Shown: in pieces, positions 59,089 through 64,000 of the stretch
Layout of the letters: every line of letters begins with the position of its first letter
Position numbering within the stretch: the stretch's first letter is position 1
Source of the DNA: Dehalococcoidia bacterium
GTDB lineage: Bacteria > Chloroflexota > Dehalococcoidia > UBA6926
DNA: 64,000 nt
Assembly (NCBI GenBank): GCA_965207115.1
Contig: CBDBLR010000003.1
Span: forward strand, 2,014 to 66,013
Direction of reading: 5' to 3'
Made by a program: the position numbers and the translations under genes
Notes under the pieces: model-generated
Database searches by the model: none
What the model saw: the letters and a program-made list of their open reading frames with translations, nothing else
Told to the model about the DNA's origin: nothing

Positions 59089-59877
59089 TTACCCGAATCT
59101 CCCCGTGATGTAGTCCTCCGTCGCCTTCCGCTTCGGCATCGAGAAGATCTCTCCCGTTTCCCCAAACTCAACCACATATCCGCTGCGCTCATCGTCGACA
59201 GTCATGAACGTTGTGTAATCGGAGACGCGCGCCGCCTGCTGCATATTGTGAGTTACCAAGGCGATGGTGTAATTCGGAGCCAACTCTCGCATCAACTCTT
59301 CGATGGCCAGCGTCGCGATGGGATCGAGCGCCGAACACGGCTCATCCATCAAGATGATCTCCGGGTCCAGCGCCAGCGTCCGTGCGATGCACAGCCTCTG
59401 CTGCTGGCCGCCCGAAAGCTGGTAGGCCGACTGCTTTAGCCTGTCCTTCACCTCGTCCCACAGGGCCGCCTGTCGCAGGCACCGCTCCACCAGCGCGCCC
59501 ATATCGCCCCTGTATCCGGCGAGTTGTGGTCCAAACGCGACGTTGTCATAGATTGATTTCGGGAACGGGTTGGGCTTCTGGAATACCATCCCGATGCGGA
59601 ACCGAATCTCTGTCGGGTCCGCATCCTCCGCGTACACGTTCTCTCCATCGAACATAATCTGACCCTCCACACGAGCGGTGCGGATCAAGTCATTCATCCG
59701 ATTCATGCAGCGCAGGAGTGAACTCTTGCCGCAGCCGGAAGGCCCGATGAATGCCGTGATCTTCCGCGGCGGAATGTCCAGGTTCACGTCCTTCAGCGCC
59801 TGAAATCCACCGTAGAAGAGATTCAACCCGCGCACTGAAAGGGCAGGTGGCGCGGAAATCGTTGTCGCAGTTGCCAT
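59089..59877 (-). CDS. pstB: phosphate ABC transporter ATP-binding protein PstB (copy 2)
   Basis: [33 protein letters not shown]. Confidence 0.9.
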   Translation of the reverse strand: MATATTISAPPALSVRGLNLFYGGFQALKDVNLDIPPRKITAFIGPSGCGKSSLLRCMNRMNDLIRTARVEGQIMFDGENVYAEDADPTEIRFRIGMVFQKPNPFPKSIYDNVAFGPQLAGYRGDMGALVERCLRQAALWDEVKDRLKQSAYQLSGGQQQRLCIARTLALDPEIILMDEPCSALDPIATLAIEELMRELAPNYTIALVTHNMQQAARVSDYTTFMTVDDERSGYVVEFGETGEIFSMPKRKATEDYITGRFG

Positions 59878-59902
59878 ATATGTAACTCTCTCCCTGCCTG
59901 CC

Positions 59903-60811
59903 TTATTCTTCCGACCGGCGCTGGAACCTGTCCCGCAACAGGATCGCCGTCGCGTTCATGGTCAGCAGCACAAGCAGCAGGATGATGATTGCCGCCGCTG
60001 TCACGTGCTGCCAGTCCAGCTGCGGGCGTGACACCCAGTTGAAGATCTGAATCGGAAGCACTGTGAATCGCTCGAACGGATGCCCGGGCGTGAACGTAAC
60101 GAAGACGAGTCCGGAGATGGCGAGCAGCGGCGCCGCCTCACCGATTGCGCGTGACATCGCAAGAATCGTTCCAGTCAAAATCCCTGGCAGAGCGGACGGC
60201 AGAATCACGTGCCTCACCGTCTGCCAGCGCGTTGCTCCCAGCGCCAGCGAACCCTGTCGATAGCTGTCAGGTACTGCCCGGATGGCCTCGCGTCCCGCCA
60301 CGATCAAGAGCGGCAGTACTAGGAGTGTCAGCGTCAGCGCGCCAGCCAGAATGACCCGGTCAAGGTTCAGTAGGAAAACAAAGACGGCCAAACCCAGCAG
60401 CCCGTACACGATGGACGGCACGCCTGCCAGGTTTGAGATATTCAACTCGATAAACTGCGTCAGCCGGTTGCGGGGCGCGTATTCCTCAAGATAGATCGCC
60501 GTCGCCGTTCCGATGGGGAACGTGAACAGCGCCGTCAGGCCTCCGACCCACAGCGTCCCGAATAAGGCGGAGCGCAATCCGGCGTCCGGCGGTCGGCGTG
60601 AAGGATACGTCGACAGGAAATCCCAGTCGATCCATGCAAGCCCGTCAATGAGAACATCGATGATGAGCGCCGCTAACGTCGCAAGGCCCACGAGCGTCGA
60701 CCCAAGGAACAGCATGACCGCCGCATTACCAATAAGGCGGCGTCCGCGCAGGCTTCGGTGAAATTGCTCAGCACTGACGCTGCGAACACCGTTGGGAGTC
60801 GTTGATTCCAT
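59903..60811 (-). CDS. pstA: phosphate ABC transporter permease PstA
   Basis: 6-TM permease with EAA-like loop; operon position. Confidence 0.85.
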   Translation of the reverse strand: MESTTPNGVRSVSAEQFHRSLRGRRLIGNAAVMLFLGSTLVGLATLAALIIDVLIDGLAWIDWDFLSTYPSRRPPDAGLRSALFGTLWVGGLTALFTFPIGTATAIYLEEYAPRNRLTQFIELNISNLAGVPSIVYGLLGLAVFVFLLNLDRVILAGALTLTLLVLPLLIVAGREAIRAVPDSYRQGSLALGATRWQTVRHVILPSALPGILTGTILAMSRAIGEAAPLLAISGLVFVTFTPGHPFERFTVLPIQIFNWVSRPQLDWQHVTAAAIIILLLVLLTMNATAILLRDRFQRRSEE

Positions 60812-60823
60812 GATCCTGCGCCC

Positions 60824-61819
60824 CTAATACGCCTGCCGCCAGCGCCGAACCACCAAGTGGCCAAGGACGTTCATGGCGAGCGTCATCACGAATAGCAGCA
60901 GCGCCACCGCGAATATCGTGTAGTAGATCGTCGTCCCCTGAGGGGTCTCGCCGAATCCCACCTGCACGATGTAGGCCGTCATCGTTTGGATGCTCTCTCG
61001 CGGATCAATCGTGAGACGAGGAGTCGCGCCCGCTGCTATGGTCACCAGCATCGTCTCGCCGATGGCCCGTGAAAGCCCGAGGATTATTGCGGCCACGATG
61101 CCGGATAGCGCCGCCGGCGTTACCACCCGCGTCGCCACCTCAAACCGTGTTGCCCCCAGCGCATACGCCGCCTCACGCAGTGAGCGAGGGACGGCCAGCA
61201 TCGCATCCTCCGACAAGGAAGACACTATTGGGATAATCATCACGCCCATCACCAGCCCCGCGCTCAACGCGTTGAAGATGATCATGTCCGGGAACAGAAA
61301 CGTCTGTAGAAGGGGAGTCACGAAAGTCAACGCGAAATAGCCGTAAACGACCGTCGGAATGCCTGCCAGGATCTCGAGCATCGGCTTCACGACGCGCCGA
61401 AGCCGGTTCGGCGCATACTCACTCAGGAAGATAGCCGTGAACAGTCCCACTGGCGCCGCTACCAGGATTGCAATTGCCGCCACAAGAACCGTTCCTGCGA
61501 CAAGTGGCAGCACGCCGAACAGCGAGGGCTGGAATCGCGGAGTCCACACGGTACCCGTAAGGAATTCGATAACCGAGACGTCCTGGAAGAACCGGAAGCT
61601 CTCATTTACCAGGACGAAGACAATTCCTAGGGTCGTGGCGATCGAGACAACCGTGGCCGCGAGAAGCAACATGTGGATCAGGGTCTCGGTACCGCGCTCA
61701 GCCCGTTTGCCGGACAGTAGGCGTTTCTCCAGGTTCTCCTTTGAAACGCGAGACGCGGAAAATGACGCTTCAGCCAAAAATGTGATCCTTCCCCAATTGC
61801 CCCTAAAGCCCCCGCACAC
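60824..61819 (-). CDS. pstC: phosphate ABC transporter permease PstC
   Basis: Permease core; operon position. Confidence 0.85.
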   Translation of the reverse strand: MCGGFRGNWGRITFLAEASFSASRVSKENLEKRLLSGKRAERGTETLIHMLLLAATVVSIATTLGIVFVLVNESFRFFQDVSVIEFLTGTVWTPRFQPSLFGVLPLVAGTVLVAAIAILVAAPVGLFTAIFLSEYAPNRLRRVVKPMLEILAGIPTVVYGYFALTFVTPLLQTFLFPDMIIFNALSAGLVMGVMIIPIVSSLSEDAMLAVPRSLREAAYALGATRFEVATRVVTPAALSGIVAAIILGLSRAIGETMLVTIAAGATPRLTIDPRESIQTMTAYIVQVGFGETPQGTTIYYTIFAVALLLFVMTLAMNVLGHLVVRRWRQAY

Positions 61820-61975
61820 AAGAATGCCCGATGTAGATTAAGTGAGGGTTAAGAAGCCTCGTCATTCCCGCTAAGGATGGTATCCATCGCGTACCCCCTC
61901 TTTCTGCGGGAAAAGGTTAGTGCTTGCCCAGTACTTGCTTCGGGGGTGGGGGCAGCTCGTCAAAGGCTACTCCGG

Positions 61976-62425
61976 CTAGACCGCTGCCCCCTCGGACACC
62001 GGTATCCCCAACTCTTCCAACAGTGCAAGCACCCGTGTCCGTATCGTGTCACGGATTTCACGAACCTCATGCGCCGGCCGTCCCTCGGGATCAGGCAGCC
62101 CCCAATCCTCCGCGTCGAATATCGCGGCAGGGCAGGCGTCATCAACGTTGCATCCCATGGTGATGACACGGTCGGCCCCCTCCAGCATCTCCTCAGTCAC
62201 GACTTGCGGAGTGGCGTCTCCCAGGTCCAGTCCAATCTCTCGCATCGCATCTACCACTTCCGGATGCACGTGCTCCGCGGGCATTGTCCCGGCCGACATA
62301 GCGATGGCCTTCCCGTCGGAGAGGGTATTCAGCAGGGATGCCGCTATCTGGCTGCGGCCGGCATTGTGAACACATACAAATAGGATCTCTGGCCTCTCGA
62401 CGCTGTTGCTGTTCGATTCAGTCAT
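61976..62425 (-). CDS. arsC: LMW-PTP-fold arsenate reductase (ArsC, thioredoxin-coupled type) / low-molecular-weight phosphotyrosine phosphatase
   Basis: P-loop ILFVCVHNAGRSQIAA (CX5R) plus downstream Cys residues; SD GGAAGGA before ATG 62425; located between pstS and pstC. Confidence 0.65.
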   Translation of the reverse strand: MTESNSNSVERPEILFVCVHNAGRSQIAASLLNTLSDGKAIAMSAGTMPAEHVHPEVVDAMREIGLDLGDATPQVVTEEMLEGADRVITMGCNVDDACPAAIFDAEDWGLPDPEGRPAHEVREIRDTIRTRVLALLEELGIPVSEGAAV

Positions 62426-62533
62426 CTTGTCTGTCCTTCCGCACTCCCGCGCCCTACCCCTCATACTCCGCTGTTGTGGGAGGAGCAGTCACTGCTCCTC
62501 CCACAACAAGAGCGTTGTTTGTTCAATGCCTTG

Positions 62534-64000
62534 CTACGCCCCGGTGTATGCCTTGGCCAGCTTGCCCTTCTCCTCATCGTAGTTGGGCAGAGCCGTGTAG
62601 CCGACCTCCGGAACGAGACGCGGCAGGTTGTCGAGGTAGTAGTCGACAAACAGCTTCAGCTCAGGCCGCAGGCGCAGCTTGTTCACGTCCACGTAGATGA
62701 AGATCGGGCGGGCCAGAGGCGCATAGCTACCGTCCGCGACCGTCTCATCGCTTGGCTCGACACAACCGTTGCCGCCGTCGACCGCCACCAGCTTCAACTG
62801 GCTCGCGTTCTCAGCGTAGTAGGCGTACCCGAAGTAACCCAGGGAATTCCGGTCTCCTGCGATACCGCGCACCAGCACGTTGTCGTCAGAGGACGCGACG
62901 TAATTGGAACGAGAAACCCCCTCATCCCCGTTCACCACGTCCGTGAAGTAATCGAACGTGCCGGACTCCGTGTCCGGACCGTATAGGTTGATTGGCTCAT
63001 TCGGGAATCCGGCGCGGACATCGTCCCATGAATCCACAGTGCTGTCCGGCTTCCAGATTTCATTGAGCTCAGCCACCGTCAGGCAGTTTACGAAGTCGTT
63101 CTGCGTGCTGACCATCACCGCCAGGCCGTCCAGCGCGACCGTCAACTCTACCCACTGGATGCCGTTCTCCGCTGCCGCAACCGCCTCCGTGTCCTTGATT
63201 GGGCGTGACGCATCGGAAATCTCGGTCTCACCAACCGTGAAGCGCTTGAAACCACCTCCGGTGCCGGACACGCCGACATTTACGCGGATGTCGTTGTAGT
63301 CGATGCCAAAGTCCTCGGCAACCGCCTCGGAGATCGGCGCAACAGTGCTGGACCCATCAATCTCAATCGTGCCAGACAGGCCCATCAGGTCTACTGGGGT
63401 GGACATGGTCTGCAGCGCAATCGCCACCTTCTGCTTCTCAAACTCGTAGTTGGGAAGCGCCGTGTAACCCACCTCCGGCACCAGTATTGGCGCCTGATCT
63501 AGGTAGAAGTTCACGAACGCCTGCAACTCCGGCCGAGCCGCCAGCTTGTCCGCGTCTACGTAGATGAAGATGGGACGGGCCAGAGGCGCATAGCTACCGT
63601 CCGCGACCGTCTCATCGCTTGGCTCGACACAACCGTTGCCGCCGTCAACCGCCACCAGCTTCAACTGGCCTGCATTTTCCGCGTAGTACGCGTATCCGAA
63701 GTAGCCCATTGAATTGCGGTCGCCTGCGATGCCGCGCACCAGCACGTTGTCATCTGACGAAGCGACGTAATTGGAGCGTGACACACCCTCGTCTCCATTC
63801 ACCACGTCCGTGAAGTAGTCAAACGTGCCGGACTCCGTATCGGGTCCGTACAGGTTGATCGGCTCATTAGGGAAACTGGAGCGAACGTCGTCCCATGAAT
63901 CCACAGTGCTGTCCGGCTTCCAGATCTCATTGAGCTCGGCCACTGTCAGGCAGTTCACGAAGTCGTTCTGCGTGCTGACCATCACCGCCAGCCCGTCCAA
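62534..64000 (-). CDS. pstS: phosphate-binding protein PstS, 5'-partial at window edge, containing an in-frame ~867-bp (289-aa) tandem duplication
   Basis: PstS fold motifs (…GSSTVAPISEA…GTGGGF…DISDASRPIK…). Block DGLAVMVSTQNDFVNCLTVAELNEIWKPD… occurs twice. Plus-strand shadow ORFs also repeat with an 867-nt offset. Confidence 0.75.
   Translation of the reverse strand: MDGLAVMVSTQNDFVNCLTVAELNEIWKPDSTVDSWDDVRSSFPNEPINLYGPDTESGTFDYFTDVVNGDEGVSRSNYVASSDDNVLVRGIAGDRNSMGYFGYAYYAENAGQLKLVAVDGGNGCVEPSDETVADGSYAPLARPIFIYVDADKLAARPELQAFVNFYLDQAPILVPEVGYTALPNYEFEKQKVAIALQTMSTPVDLMGLSGTIEIDGSSTVAPISEAVAEDFGIDYNDIRVNVGVSGTGGGFKRFTVGETEISDASRPIKDTEAVAAAENGIQWVELTVALDGLAVMVSTQNDFVNCLTVAELNEIWKPDSTVDSWDDVRAGFPNEPINLYGPDTESGTFDYFTDVVNGDEGVSRSNYVASSDDNVLVRGIAGDRNSLGYFGYAYYAENASQLKLVAVDGGNGCVEPSDETVADGSYAPLARPIFIYVDVNKLRLRPELKLFVDYYLDNLPRLVPEVGYTALPNYDEEKGKLAKAYTGA

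Overview
High-GC (about 63-65%) bacterial chromosomal window, probably Chloroflexota-like. Evidence for that lineage call: Rho with a long disordered N-terminal extension, an archaeal-type PEP carboxylase, a sortase, giant Calx-beta surface proteins, and a genome-specific family of small palindromic repeats. Core genes present: the conserved thrS / infC-rpmI-rplT cluster, pyrG, rho, ppcA-type PEPC, an M42 peptidase, a ProVWX-type glycine-betaine ABC transporter, an OmpR/HK two-component system, a complete Pst-PhoU phosphate uptake operon (tandem pstB, duplicated pstS), MeaB, an ADP-forming acyl-CoA synthetase, and several family-III CoA-transferases. Accessory and unusual content: (i) a tight plus-strand cluster at 1-5750 with Cys-rich small proteins, a gamma-class adenine methyltransferase, a large SNF2 helicase, and a translationally coupled small-protein/retropepsin-like protease pair behind a near-consensus promoter; (ii) a 2054-aa secreted multi-Calx-beta giant protein with near-identical 312-bp tandem repeats and a 13-C homopolymer in its translation-initiation region; (iii) a low-GC islet carrying a standalone OLD-family (ABC ATPase + TOPRIM) nuclease; (iv) a second lower-GC islet (VapBC + GmrSD-like type IV restriction enzyme) interrupting thrS-infC; (v) a candidate selenoprotein redoxin with in-frame TGA at the catalytic Cys position; (vi) a REP/RPE-like family of GNRA-hairpin palindromic repeats at gene ends and inserted in-frame into two genes. 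No rRNA, tRNA or CRISPR was recognised. Many long ORFs in the six-frame track are antisense shadows of real genes in this high-GC DNA and were rejected.
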